Shown: positions 51,245 to 64,000, counted from the stretch's first letter. The stretch: 64,000 nucleotides of DNA from Dictyostelium discoideum (GCA_000004695.1 CM000151.3:2656001-2720000); one strand, 5' to 3'. Program-made: numbers and translations. The notes: generated by a model not told the origin, from the letters alone.

Positions 51245-52038
51245 ATAAATAACTTTATTTTTTTTTTTTTATTTTTCTTTTAAGGTTTTTTTTTTTTTTT
51301 TAATAAAAATAGTAAATAATAATAATTATAATAATAACCACACCCCCTTCCCCCTGTCCCCTCATTTTCTCTTCTCTTCGCCAATAAAAAAAAAAAAACA
51401 ATTAATTGTTATGTCAAAAAATTGTATTACTAACTTTTAAAAAATAAATAAAAAAATAATATATTATTTAACACATTTTATCTCTTCTCTCTCTTTTTTT
51501 TTATTTATTTATTTTATTATATTTTTTTATTTATTTTTATTTTAAAATTTATTTATTTTTATTTATTAATTTATTTATTTATTTAATTTTTCATTTTTTA
51601 TTTCTTTTTTTTATTTTTTTTATTTATTTAGTTTTTTTCTTGCTTTCAATTATTTCTATAATCTTGATAAAAAATTGGTCAAATTTACAAAAGAATATAT
51701 TCTAAAGAAAATAAATCAAACAAAGTTTTAGGAAGTCCTTTTTTTTTATATAAATATATTATAAAAAAAAAATAAAATGTTTTTTTTTAAAAAAAAAAAA
51801 GGGATAATTAAGTAAGGATTTTTTTTTGAAAGTTTATTTTATTTGAATACTTTGGAACTTTTTTTATTTTCATTTTTTTTTTTTTAATTTTTTCTTATTT
51901 TTTTTTTTTAATTTTTTTAATTTTTTTTTTTTTAATTTTTTTATTTTTTTTTTTAATTTTTTTTTTATTTTTTATATGAGTTTTTGTATGGTGTATGTAG
52001 AAAATTAAGAAGAAAGAGTTTTTATTATTATTATTATT

Positions 52039-53559
52039 ATGGACACTACAACAAACAACAACATAGAAAATAATACAACCGAAAATATAAAAAAAGAAGA
52101 AATTTTAGAAAAACAACAACATGAAGCAATAAAAGAAGAATCTACAACAATAAAAGAAGAAATTATTGAAAAACCTAATATAAATAATAATAATAATAAT
52201 AATAATAGTAATAATAGTAACAATAATAATAATAATAATAATAATAATAGCAGAGAATCTACAACTAATAATAATAGTAGTGGTAATAATATTATTAATA
52301 ATAATAATAATAATATTAATAATAATATTAATAATAATAATAATATTAATAATAATATTAATAATAATAGTAATAGTAGTAGTAATAATAATAATAATAA
52401 TAATTTACCACAAAATGGGTCAACTCATAAAGAGGAATCAACAACATCTTCATCCTCAACAATAAATTCAAACCCAAACCCAAATCCAAATCCAAACCCA
52501 AATCCAAACCCAAATCCAAATCCAATAAATAAAGCACCGACCATACATGGAACAGTAATTACGACGGCAATGTTAACAGGTATAATAAATTCAGTTTCAA
52601 ATATGGATAATATTCGATATAATAATAGTGATAGTGTTTGGGGTTCAAGAAGTGTTGATTCTCATGAAAAAATAGAACAAATTGGTGAAGGTACATTTGG
52701 TCAAGTTTATAAAGCAAAAAATAAATCAAATGGTGATATTGTTGCGTTAAAAAAAGTTATTATGGATAATGAAGTTGAAGGAGTAAGTAAATAAATAAAA
52801 AATATATATATATGTGTGTGTATATATAATTTATAATATTAATTTTATATTATTTATTAAATATAATTTTTTTTTTTAAGTTTCCAATTACAGCAATTAG
52901 AGAAATTAAAATTTTAAAAGAATTAAATCATGCAAATGTTGTAAATTTAAAGGAGGTTGTAACTTCTAAAGCAAGTGCATCCAATAATCATAAGGGTAGT
53001 GTTTATATGGTATTTGAATATATGGATCATGATTTAAATGGGTTAATGGATTCACCAGCATTTAAATATTTTGCACCAGGTCAAATTAAATGTTATTTAA
53101 AACAGTTGTTGGAGGGTTTAGATTATTGTCATCGTAATAACGTTTTACATAGAGATATTAAAGGGTCAAATTTGTTACTTGATAATAATGGTATTTTGAA
53201 GTTGGCAGATTTTGGTCTTGCAAGACCATTCAATTCGAGTGAGAAAAAACAAATTCTAACCAATCGTGTCATCACCCTTTGGTATAGACCACCTGAACTT
53301 TTATTGGGCACCTTTCATTATGGTCCAGAGATTGATATGTGGTCTGTTGGTTGCATTATGGCTGAACTATTATCAAAGAAAACCCTCTTTCCTGGTAGGA
53401 ATTCAATCGATCAATTAGATAAAATTTATCAAGTTTGTGGTTCACCAAATGCAAATAATTGGCCAGAAGCAATGGATTTACCATTTTGGGATGCTTTAAA
53501 ACCAAAAAGAGAATATAATAGTTTAAGTTTAAAAGATTTTTATCAACAGTAAATTGTCA

Positions 53560-53601
<42 letters not shown>

Positions 53602-54364
53602 TTATTATTTCTTTTTATTTTAATCATTACTAACTAATTTATCTTTTTTTTAAAATTTTTTTTTTAATTATTTATTAATTTAAAAACAAAGTGAAAATCC
53701 ATCATTTTTTACAAAAGAAGCATTTGATTTACTAGATAAATTATTATGTATGGATCCAAAAAAAAGAATTACGGCATCTGAAGCATTAGATCATCAATAT
53801 TTTTGGACTGATCCAATGCCAGTTAATCCAAAAGATTTACCTCAATATCCATCTTGTCATGAATATAGAACAAAGAAAAGATTAAGACAACAGAATCAAA
53901 ATCAAAATCAACAACAAAATCAACAACAACAACAACAACAACCACAAAATCAACATCAACAATCACAATATCAAGGCGCAAATGTAAATCATCACAACAA
54001 TCATAATAATAATAATAATCAACCACCACCTTATCAAAATGGTAGTGGTAGTAATAATAGTAATAATTTTAAAAAACAAAGAACAGATTATAATCAACCA
54101 CCACCACCACCACCATCATCATCATCAACATCAAGTTCGACTCAACAACCATTTAATAAAGGACCTTATGGCCAACCACCACAAGTTCAACCACCTGGTG
54201 GTAGTTTTGTTAATGGTGGCAACAATAATTATCCACAAAATAGAAATACTTTACCTCAACAGGGCGGAGGCGGAAATAGACCACCACAATCACAACAAAA
54301 TAAAAATAATTTTCCAACGAATAATAATAGTAGCAGTAATAGTAGAAATCCAAGTCACAGATAG
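52039..54364 (+). CDS. cdk9: CDK9-like cyclin-dependent kinase (P-TEFb catalytic subunit family, PITAIRE motif) with a ~200-aa Asn-rich N-terminal extension and a Gln/Pro-rich tail, ~694 aa, 3 exons
   Basis: Model: join(52039..52782, 52881..53548, 53692..54364), with donors GTAAGT and GTAAAT and phases checked. Motifs include [77 protein letters not shown] and [11 protein letters not shown] (compare human CDK9 NHDFFWSDPMP). Confidence 0.8.
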
Positions 54365-54495
54365 AGTCAAAATAATAATAATATTATTAATATAATAAAA
54401 TCAGAAGATATCATCCCGATCATTTATTAAATAAAGATATCATTTTCAAATTTTTTTAATTTTTTTCCTTCCAAAAACCCATACAAATAAAAAAT

Positions 54496-54526
<31 letters not shown>

Positions 54527-54892
54527 TAAAACTAAAAAAAAAAAAAAAAAAAAAAAACAAAAAATAAAATTATATAAATAAAGTTTTATATACACCAAAA
54601 AAAAAAAAAAAAAAAAATTTTAAAAAAAAACCAAAAATAAAAAAAATAAACAAAACCAATTTTGGACTGAACAATGAAAAAATAATATCAATTTTTTTTT
54701 TTAATCTTTTTTTTTTTATTTTTTAATTTTTTTTTTTTTTTAATTTTTTAAAAATTTGAATATTAATTTATTTTTTATTTTTTAATTGACACAAAAAAAC
54801 AAAAAAAAAGAATTTAAATTTTCATTTTCTCTAATAAATTTAAATAATTTTATATATGTGTGTAAACTTAATTTTTTAAAAAAAAGAAAAAA

Positions 54893-54924
<32 letters not shown>

Positions 54925-55049
54925 AAAAAATTTATTGTAGAATTATTTTTCTAGATTTTCTAATGTATATTTTTTAAAATTTTATAAAAAAAAAAAAAAA
55001 AAAAAACTATATAAAAAAAAAACATAAAAAATAAAATAAAAAGGTTATA

Positions 55050-58000
55050 ATGTCTAATGTATCACCAAATTCTATGAATTTAAATGGATCAACATCATCG
55101 ACAGCATCAGTTAATGATAGTGGAGGCGGTGGTGGTGGTGGCAATGTAACATCTCCAACACTATCATCATCATCAGCATCATCAATTAGTAATAGTAATA
55201 GTAGTAGTAGTAATAATTTAAAACCATCAACACAACCATTATCATCGTCATCTACTTTAAATACTCCAACACAATTTTCACTTCAACATTCTTCTTCATC
55301 ATCTTCATTAAATAATACAAATATTGATATAATTGAACATATTACAATTTCATGTATGTTATATTAAAAAAAATATAATATTTATATAAATTTATGGATA
55401 TATACATATAATTACCCCTCAACCCACCCCAATATAGTTTCAGTATTAATTTAATTTTTAATTTTTTAATTTTTTTTTTTTTTTTTTTTAGATCAAGATG
55501 AATCATCAATTTGGAAATATATTGAAGCAGAATTACCAAATCATTTACCGTTAAAGAATATATCATGGAAAACTAAAACAGGACATACAAAAGTAGTGGA
55601 GAAGATGCCAATTGAAATATTACAATATAATGATGAACGTGTAAAGGCACATTATGATAATCAAAATCTATACAAGAAACCATACCTCTATTTGTATTTG
55701 GTACATTGTGATGATCCTGATACCTATAAGAATGTTGTACGTGCTAAAATAAAACAATGGGTAACTCAAATGACTGAACGTCAACAAGAGTGGTTAATAG
55801 TTTATGTTTCATTAGGTCCAAAAAGATTTAGCGAATTAACTTCAAAATTAACAAGAACTGTTTTCGATAGAATTAAAAATGATTTCAATGTTAAACGAGA
55901 TCGTTGTTGTCAATTAAGATTTTTAGATACAAATAATACAAGCAGCGGCAATAATAAAGATAAAGATAATGATAATGGTGGTGGTAGTAGTGGAACAGGT
56001 TTGTCAACAAGTACGAAACAACAAGATGATTTATGGGATGATTTTCTAATTAAAATGAAAGAGGGTATAATTTCATCAGCAGAACAATATTTAACAACCT
56101 ATGAAGATGAAATTAGAAAAATGGATGCAAAGAGGACAACACCAGGTTGGAGTTATCAAAACTTTTTTTTCATAAAGGAAGGTTTAGCATTAATCTATGA
56201 ACGTGCTCAATTATATGAGGATGCATTAATGCAATATTTTGAATTGGAAGTACTTTTCGGTGATCCAAATAATAGGTCACAATTTGATCAAATCACTGAT
56301 GAAGTTTTACAACCAAATAGTATTCATTGTAATGGTAACATTTTAGATACTTCCTTTAAAAATTATAGAAAGTTAATTTATGAAAATAAAATTAGTTTAT
56401 TTGATTTTAAAGTTTATTTATTTGCAAGACAATCAAAAGTAAGTTATAATTAGCAAAATCAATAAATAATATTATTAATATTCTTTTACTAATTGTGCGT
56501 GTGTGTGTATATATAGTTATTATTTTTATTACAAAAACCAATTGAAGCAGCAACGAAATCAATATCATTTATTACATCAATGTCAATGATAATTAAACAA
56601 TATCCAAATTCATTTGCACCAATGTTTAAAGAATCATGGATATTCAGTACAAGTATGGAATTGATTAAAGCATGTCAAGATTCATTCGATAAGATTGTAA
56701 ATGGTGCTCAACAACAACAACAGCAACAGCAACAACAATTACAACTTCAACAACAATTACAACAACAACAACAGCAACAAACTATAAATGGTAGTGCACA
56801 AAAAGTTGTGAAATCAATTAGTTCAACTACACCCATTTCAAAATTATTTGGTGCATTTGGACCTTTTGGTAGTAGTAGTAGTAATACACCATCATCGACA
56901 TCAGCAACTACAGCAGCAAATGGTAAAAATACACCAATGCCAAGTAATAGTGGTATAGCTTCATTAAGTGCAGGTGGATCAACGATTATAGCAGGTTTAT
57001 CAGGTTCACAATCTTTAAACAATTTACAATCTGCACAATTATCAGGTGCTTTAAATACTCAACATTATATTCGTACACCTTCTTTAAATTTAACAAGTGA
57101 TCTCTCTGAAAGATTAACTGAAAAACAAGATAGAGAAAGTTTAGATTTTTTAGTTGGTGATTTATTATTTAGTTCAGCTCAAAGAGTAGTTAATTCATAA
57201 TTCATTGTTATTATTATTATTATTGGTTTTTTTTTTAATTATTTTATATTAATATATTTTTATTTTTTTCCAGTTAGAAGAATTGGCAATAATTATTGGA
57301 TATTTACCAGTTGATGATTATAATAGTGAAATGTTCTTTCAAAATGTAGAAGAAGTTATATTTAAGAGTGTAGAGAATAAAAAGATTGAAGTTGATTCAA
57401 TGACAGCATTTAGTTATCAGCCATTACAAGTCTCACTTCAATCATCGAAACAATTCACTCAACTTTATTTCGAATTGTTAGGTCAAATTGAGAAATTGTA
57501 TATTCAATCTAATAGAATGAGAAGTATTAGTAGATTAACATTTGCAATTGCAAATTTAAATTTCAAATTAAAAGAATTTCAAATTGCAGAGAATCTTTTC
57601 AAATCAATTTCAAATCTTTACTCTAGAGAACATTGGTCCTATATAGAATATGCCGTTAAAACTAGATTATCCTATTGTCAAAAGCAGTTGGGTCATTTAG
57701 TTGATTATGTAACAACTTGTGTTGGTTTATTAGCTCCTGGTTTATTAACAAATAGATTTGAAAAAGATCATTATTTATCTGAAATTATTCAAATTTCTCG
57801 AAAACCTGAATTAAATAGTAGGTTTTATTTAATAATAATTTTGTTATAAAAAAACTATTATTAATTTTTTTTTTTTTTTTTTTTTTTAAAAAAAAGTTGT
57901 TCAACCAATGATACCATTATTTAAATGTAAAGTTACATTTAAAGAAACAGTTTATAGATATTTTGAAACAATTAAAATCAATGTTAGAATAAAGAGTAAT

Positions 58001-59761
58001 TTAATATCACCAATTAGATTTAATAATGGTGCAGTTAGTTTTGTAAAGAGTGGTTTCGGTGATAAATTAGTATTTCAATTGAATGATTTCCTTGTTGAAC
58101 CAGGTGTAAACAATTTCCAATTCACAGCAGTTGGTACAACTAAAGCAACCTTTGTTAAAGATTCAATTTGGTTAAAAATTGATAACCTTTCATTTGGTTA
58201 TTCATTACGTAATGCTGATACAGCTATTGGTGGTGGTGGTGGTGGTACAAATACAACAACAACTACATTACCAGGTGAAATTAAAGTTATTGATAGTGAA
58301 TCACAAATAACTTTAGAATCATTTGCAAATAGTCCATTATTATTTTATAGTATTCAATATGTTGGAATTAAATTACATACTCATTCCGATACGATTGAAG
58401 CGGGTGTATTAACATTCACTTCACCAACTGGTGCAACTATAATACCAACTTCATCAGTAATCATCATACAGAGTGACGATAAAACTTGTGAAACTTCCTC
58501 AAGAACAATAAATTTAATTAATGATAAGTTACCATTATCTCAAATTGGTTATAATCAAACATTGGAATTCTATTTACCATTGATGGCTGTAAATACCGAT
58601 ACTTGCACTCATCAAATTAGAATCGAATTACAACATCAAAAACAAACCAAAGAAAAATTTTCATCATCATTGGTCTCTTCAATTTTATTCATTAATCCAT
58701 TGACAATCGATGAATCTGTCATTAATGTAAATAATAGATTATTCTTAAAAACTATTATACAATGTAATTCTCCAAATATGATTCAATTTAATTCTTATTC
58801 TTTAGAAGGTTGTGATTCAGAATATCAATCACCTGAACAACAACAATTACAACAACAATTACAACAACAGCAGCAATTATCATTATCATCTTCAAGTTCA
58901 TCAATCTCATCAATCTCTTCAAAATCTTCACAACAACCAAATTTATATTATTTAGTAAAAGATCATAATCATTCATTAGCACCAAATTTAAATTTATACC
59001 CTGGCCAATTAGTTTCATTAATTTTTGAAATTAAAAAGTATGAAAATGAATCTTTATCATCATCAACATCACCTTCATCAGCAACTGATAGTAGTAATAG
59101 TAATGGAAACAATAACAACAACAACAATAACAACAACCATAGTAAAAATGATTTGAAATTAAAGATAAAATATACAAGTAAAATGCCTCAACAAGATTTA
59201 GATAGACCATTAATTAGAGAATGTAAATCATTATGGAGAGATCAAAACGAATTTAGTTGGCCAATTAAAATCGAGCTTCCAACTTATCTTTATCAAATAG
59301 ATCTATCAATTCAAAGTAGGGCTTATGTTGGTACAATAGTTCTTTTTGAAATTGAAATTACAAATTTAAAACAACAACAACAACAACAAAAAGAAAGTAA
59401 TAATGATAACGGTAATGAAAAACAACAAAAACAACAACAATTACAATATCATATAGTTGCTGATTCACAAATTTGGATGATATCTGGTAAGAGTAAACAT
59501 ACATTTTCATTTAATAGTGATACAGTTGGTGAAAAGCTTAAATTTAGTTGTGGTTTAATTCCAATCTCCTCTGGCTCATTACCAATTCCAAAAGTAACTT
59601 TAGTCGGTATAAATAATTCAAATATTTCTTATCCAAAAACTAAAAATGAAAAGATATTCGTTTATCCATCACCACAAATTTATTCATGTCATCAATTACA
59701 AGATAATAATAATAATAATAATAATAGTATTAATAGTCAAACTAGTACAAACAAAACATAA
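55050..59761 (+). CDS. TRAPP II complex subunit TRAPPC10 (Trs130-like), ~1442 aa, 5 exons
   Basis: Model: join(55050..55353, 55492..56438, 56517..57185, 57274..57817, 57897..59761), with phases consistent. The donors at 57186 (GTAGTT) and 57818 (GTAGGT) are weak. Colinearity with human TRAPPC10: DRCCQLRFLD~DRCVVLSDPL, KRTTPGWSYQNFFFIKEGLALIYERAQLYEDALMQYFELEVLF~KRTEPGWSFCEYFMVQEELAFVFEMLQQFEDALVQYDELDALF, and YLFARQSKLLFLQKP~YLFSRQCTLLLFLQRP. Confidence 0.75.
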
Positions 59762-59891
59762 ATAAAAGGAATTATATATACAATAAAAAACAAAAAACAA
59801 AACAAAAAAAAAGAATGTCATTTTTATAATTTATTTATTTATTTATTTATTTGTACTTAATTTTAATTAATTTAATCTAAATAAATAAGAA

Positions 59892-61923
59892 TTATAAATT
59901 ATTTAAATATAAATTTTTAATATCTGTATATATTTGTTGACTTTCAAATACATGATCAGGTAATTTAAAATTATTATCATTTAAAAATTTAGAAATGATT
60001 AATCTTTGGATTTTACCACTTTTAGTTTTTGGTAATTGTTCAACAATTATTATATGTGTTAATTGAGCAAATTTATCAATATCTTGTGTGATGATACTAT
60101 TAATTTCATTTTTTAATTGAATTAAGTCGACATTTGAATCTTGTTGTTTTAAAGTTAATAAACCAATTGGTTTATTATAACAATCTGGATTGTAAATACC
60201 AATTGAACAACATTCAATAACATTTGGATGTTTTAAAATTGATGTTTCAATTGTGTTTAATTGAACTTTATTACCACCAATTTTAATTTGATCATCTGCT
60301 CTTGAAACGATAGCATAATATCCATTTTCATCTTTATAACCTAAATCACCACTACTATAATAACCTGGGAATTTTGTTAAAACTTTTTTAAATTGTTCAT
60401 CATTTTTATAAAATGTTGAAGCGAATCCAGGTGGTAATGGTAATTTGAATACGATTTCACCAATTTGATTCACTGGTAATTCAATACCATCTTCTGATAA
60501 AATTGATGGGTAGACAAATGGTGATGGTGGACCAACTGTGTTGTATGGATTTTTTTTTGATTTTATGTAATCGAATAAATACAAATAACCAGTTTCAGTT
60601 TGACCATATCCAATAGATGGTCTTGATTTTAGTTTGTTTTCAATATATTCTGGAATTGAATCTTCAATAACTTCACCACCATTCCAAATTGATTTTAAAC
60701 TTGAAATATCATATTTTGAATGTATTTGTTTTGCATCTGGATCAACTTTATTTAAATATCTTATTGTTTTTGCTAATGTTAGAAATGCACTAACTTTATG
60801 CTTTTCAACAATTGACCAAATATCATCTTCCATATGTTTTGGTTTTACAATTCCACCTTCAAACATCACAAATGAACATCCATGTAATAATGAAGCATAC
60901 AAAAATGAATGAAACGATACCCATCCTATACTAGTATGAGAAAAGAAAGTAGTATTTTTTTGAACAATTGATGGCCAAAGATAACCAAAACAAACTAAAT
61001 GTGGACCATTACTTCTAACAACTCCTTTTGAATTACCAGTTGTACCACTTGTATAAATAATGTAAAGTGGATGACTTGATTCTACTGTAACATATTCATA
61101 GAATGGTGTTTGATTGTTTTCTTTAATTTTGTTGATTTCCAAGTCCCAATCCAAAGAAGATGGTACAGTAGGTATAGTTTCAATTATTGATAATTGTGCA
61201 TCGGAACTAATTAAATCTCTATTATGTGTAATTACATGATCTGGTTTAAAAGTTGATATTTCAATTGCTTCAATTAAATTTGGTGTAAATGTAATAATTT
61301 CCTCATTTAAAATACCATAATTTGAGGTAATAATAACTTTTGGTCTTACAGCTTCAATTCTATCTATTAAACTTTTTGTTGAATAGCCATCGAATAGTAC
61401 ACAATGAGTTGCACCAATACGAGCACATGATAACATTGCAATTGGTGCTTCAACTGTATTTGCCATAAATATTAAAATATTATCATTTTTTGAAATATTT
61501 AAATTTAAAAGTACTCTTGAAAATTCACATACTTTTTCATATAATTGATAATAAGTTAATTTAACAGTTTTCTTTAAAAATGGACATTCATAAATTAATG
61601 CGTCTTGATCTCTTTTTAATGGATTTTGAACTTGAATATCTAAAACATTATAACATGTATTTAATTCACCACCTTTAAACCAATCTGGATACATTTCATC
61701 ACCACTATAAACTTTATCATACATTTTATCCCTTTTTTTTTAAATTATTTATTGGTATAATTGGAATTTTATTATATTTTTTAAATTATTAATAATTTAT
61801 TTTACAAAATTTTTAAACTTACCAATGTATATATTTTTTGGCAATGTCATCCCAAAATGAAACAGGTTGGGATTCTGCATATTTTAGATCATTTTCATAA
61901 TCAAAAGGATCACTTAATTTCAT
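59892..61923 (-). CDS. Acetyl/propionyl-CoA synthetase-like AMP-forming acyl-CoA synthetase, paralogue 1 (~646 aa, 2 exons)
   Basis: Model on minus: join(61923..61823, 61731..59892), with a 91-bp intron (GTAAGT...AAAG) and phase 2 consistent. The N-terminus MKLSDPFDYENDLKYAESQPVSFWDDIAKKYIHW|DKMYDKVYSGDEMYPDWFKGGELNTCYNVLD is typical of acetyl-CoA synthetases. The AMP-binding motif is YIIYTSGTTGNSKGV, and the C-terminus reads ...LPKTKSGKIQRL. Confidence 0.75.
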
Positions 61924-62094
61924 TTTTTTCCAAAATTATTTTAATAAAATAAAATTAAAAAAAAAAAAAAAAAAAAAAAAAGTTTATTAATCTTTTTTTT
62001 TTTTTTTTTTATTTTATCGAAGATTTTTTTTTTTTTTTTTGTCAAAAAATCTTAATAAAAATTAATCAGCAAATTTAAAAAAGAAAAAAATTGG

Positions 62095-62446
62095 TCTGAA
62101 ACTCTTTTAATTGTTTTCTTTAAAAATGGACATTCATAAATTAATACATCTTATTCTCTTTTTAATGGATTTTTAATATGAATATCTATTAAATTATAAC
62201 ATGTATTTAATTCACCACCTTTAAACCAATCTGGATAAATTTCATCACCACTATAAACTTTATCATACATTTTATCCCTTTTTTTTTTTTTTTTTATTTA
62301 TTATATGTTAAAATTTGTTTTTTTTTTTTTTTTTTTTTTTTTTTGTGAAGTGCATACCAGTGAGCTTCGTCCCAAAATTAAATTGGATTAATTTGAGAGA
62401 AATTGTAATCATTTTCATAATCAAAAGGATCACTTAATTTAAACAT
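62095..62446 (-). pseudogene. Degenerate partial duplicate of the 5' end (exon 1, intron, first ~170 bp of exon 2) of the adjacent acyl-CoA synthetase gene
   Basis: 62105-62280 is about 90% identical to 61563-61740, including the acceptor and the first 55 codons of exon 2. 62365-62446 is similar to exon 1 at 61841-61923. The copied exon 1 reads MFKLSDPFDYENDYNFSQINPI* (premature stop), and similarity ends abruptly at ~62100. Confidence 0.7.
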
Positions 62447-63021
62447 TTTATTTTTTTCGTTGTTTTTTCGTTGTTTTTTCAAGTTTTTGTAATTAATTAA
62501 TAAAAAAAAAAAAATTTAAAAATCATTATATTTTATTTTTTAAAAAAAATAAAATTTAAAAGTAAAAATAAATTTTATGTGAAAAAAAAAAAGTGGAAAA
62601 CATAAAATGTGGAAATTTAAAATAAAACTTTTTCATTATTTATCCTTTTAAAGAAAATAATGAATTAAAATAAAAAGAAATTATAGATGGATATATTTTA
62701 TCAAAGATGAAAAAAAAAAAATACTTGTTTATTGTGGAATTTTAATTATTTGTTTATTTTTTTGTCTTTTAATAAAATATATTAAAAAAGTTTCGGGTTA
62801 TAAACAACCAACCACAAAAATTTTCAATACAAATAAAAATAAGTAAATGTATTAAAGGGGTTAAATTAAAAAACACGCACTGTGTCTGTGTGGAATATTT
62901 TTATGTGAAAAAAAACTCTTACTTATAAAATTACTTTTATATTGAACAAAAAATAAATAATTGAATTATAAAAATATATATATTTATTTATTTTTATTAT
63001 AGATTAAAATTTTTTTTTGGA

Positions 63022-64000
63022 TTAAATATTTTTATTTGAGTTTTTAATAAAAGAATCTTTTATGTTATAAAATAATTGAAGATTTTCAATATTATCTGGT
63101 AATTTAAAATTATTGTTATTTAAATAATTAGAAAGTATATGTCTTTGAATTTTACCACTTTTAGTTTTTGGTAATTGATTTACAATGATAATTTGTTTTA
63201 GTTCAGCATAACTTTCAATATCATCATTAATAATATTATTAATTTCATTTTTTAATTGATTGAAATCTAAAATTGAATCTTGTTTTTTTAAAACCAATAT
63301 ACCAATTGGTGCTTTATAACAATCATAATCATTAATACCAATTGAACAACATTCAATAACATTTGGATGTTTCAAAATTGATGATTCAATTGTATTTAGT
63401 TGAACTTTATTACCACTAATTTTAATTTGATCATCAGCTCTTGAAACAATACCATAATATCCATTTTCATCTTTATAACCTAAATCACCAGAATTATAAT
63501 AACCTGGAAATTTTGAAAATAATTTTTTATATTGTTCATCATTTTTATAAAATGTAGTCGCAAATCCAGGTGGTAATGGTAATTTGAGAGAGAATTCACC
63601 AATTTCATTAACACCCAACTCTTTACCATCTTCAGATAATATTGATGGTTTAATAAATGGTGATGGTATACCTACTGTATCATATGTTTTATTTATACTT
63701 GAATATTCATAAATATACATCATTCCACTTTCAGTTTGACCATATAAACCAATTGATTCAGCATTTAATTTATTTTCAATATAATCTTGAATTGATTTTT
63801 CAATAACTTCAGCACCAATCCAAACTTGCTTTAAACGTGATATATCATATTTTGAATGTAATCTTTCAGCATTGGGATCCATTTTCTTAAGATATCTCAT
63901 TACAATTGGTAATGCTAAATAAATGTTTACATTATGTTTTTCAATGGTTGCCCAAATGTCATCTTCAACATTATTTTGTTTTAAGAAACCACCTTCAAAC
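63022..64000 (-). CDS. Acetyl/propionyl-CoA synthetase-like acyl-CoA synthetase, paralogue 2 (C-terminal 326+ codons; continues beyond the window end)
   Basis: The minus-strand ORF is about 70% identical at protein level to paralogue 1 over the same region (..FKLPLPPGFATTFYKNDEQYKKLFSKFPGYYNSGDLGYKDENGYY..LPKTKSGKIQRH..). The frame stays open to position 64000 (..FEGGFLKQNNVEDDIWATIEKHNVNIYLALPIVMRYLKK). Confidence 0.75.
   Translation of the reverse strand, partial: FEGGFLKQNNVEDDIWATIEKHNVNIYLALPIVMRYLKKMDPNAERLHSKYDISRLKQVWIGAEVIEKSIQDYIENKLNAESIGLYGQTESGMMYIYEYSSINKTYDTVGIPSPFIKPSILSEDGKELGVNEIGEFSLKLPLPPGFATTFYKNDEQYKKLFSKFPGYYNSGDLGYKDENGYYGIVSRADDQIKISGNKVQLNTIESSILKHPNVIECCSIGINDYDCYKAPIGILVLKKQDSILDFNQLKNEINNIINDDIESYAELKQIIIVNQLPKTKSGKIQRHILSNYLNNNNFKLPDNIENLQLFYNIKDSFIKNSNKNI

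Noticed and set aside
53823-54395. ORFs 53823-54029 (minus) and 54039-54395 (plus, poly-His)
   Set aside because: They are out-of-frame or antisense readings of the Gln/Asn/Pro-rich C-terminal exon of the CDK9-like gene.

Overview
This window is eukaryotic nuclear DNA with the hallmarks of Dictyostelium (social amoeba): about 75-80% A+T, long homopolymer and (AAT)n tracts, poly-Asn/Gln/Thr coding runs, and short AT-rich GT..AG introns (60-130 bp, GTAAGT/GTATGT donors). It is not a prokaryotic defence island. I found no CRISPR array, operon or phage module. Note that the supplied ORF track uses non-ATG starts (TTG/GTG shown as M) and ignores introns, so I rebuilt gene models by hand. All coordinates below are hand-derived and may be off by a few bp.

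Layout:
- 1-5535: the 5' two-thirds of a TRE5-A-like tRNA-targeted non-LTR retrotransposon on the minus strand. ORF2 (AP endonuclease, GDFN motif) runs off the window start, and ORF1 is complete. Its 5' end carries an array of 8 near-identical 199-bp tandem modules preceded by a ~70-nt poly(T). The array ends exactly 48 bp upstream of a tRNA-Leu(UAA) gene.
- About 5.9-6.6 kb: a truncated, stop-riddled cytochrome P450 fragment.
- 6753-6824: a tRNA-Thr(AGU) gene about 1.1 kb downstream of the first tRNA.
- 7.1-17.1 kb: a gene-decay zone. It holds a large 4-exon Asn-rich gene, a GC-richer TPR/Sel1 + MYND locus with at least 2 frameshifts and 3 in-frame stops, and an FNIP-repeat kinase-like gene with degenerate catalytic motifs and a 1-nt frameshift.
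- The rest is ordinary housekeeping and accessory genes with clear models:
  - ribosomal protein eS30
  - oligoribonuclease (REXO2-like)
  - TEX2/Nvj2-like SMP-domain lipid-transfer protein
  - casein kinase I
  - an MFS transporter
  - a secreted CAP-domain protein with a (TPTPTETV)n mucin-like tract
  - a DPBB/expansin-like secreted protein
  - a rhodanese-DUSP phosphatase
  - MAD2
  - SWI/SNF BAF60 (snf12)
  - a CDK9-like kinase
  - TRAPPC10
  - two tandem acetyl/acyl-CoA synthetase paralogues with a degenerate partial copy between them
  - several Asn-rich proteins of unknown function

Most worth a second look:
- the 8-fold amplified TRE5 5' module placed precisely 48 bp from the tRNA gene;
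- the compositionally foreign, multiply disrupted TPR-MYND locus;
- an unannotated 63-aa secreted twin-CX3C cysteine-rich peptide ORF;
- a perfect palindromic E2F-type site 50 bp upstream of the large Asn-rich gene;
- the tandem acyl-CoA synthetase duplication with a 5' pseudo-fragment;
- an (AAT)~51 expansion that abuts the 3' splice site of the oligoribonuclease intron.
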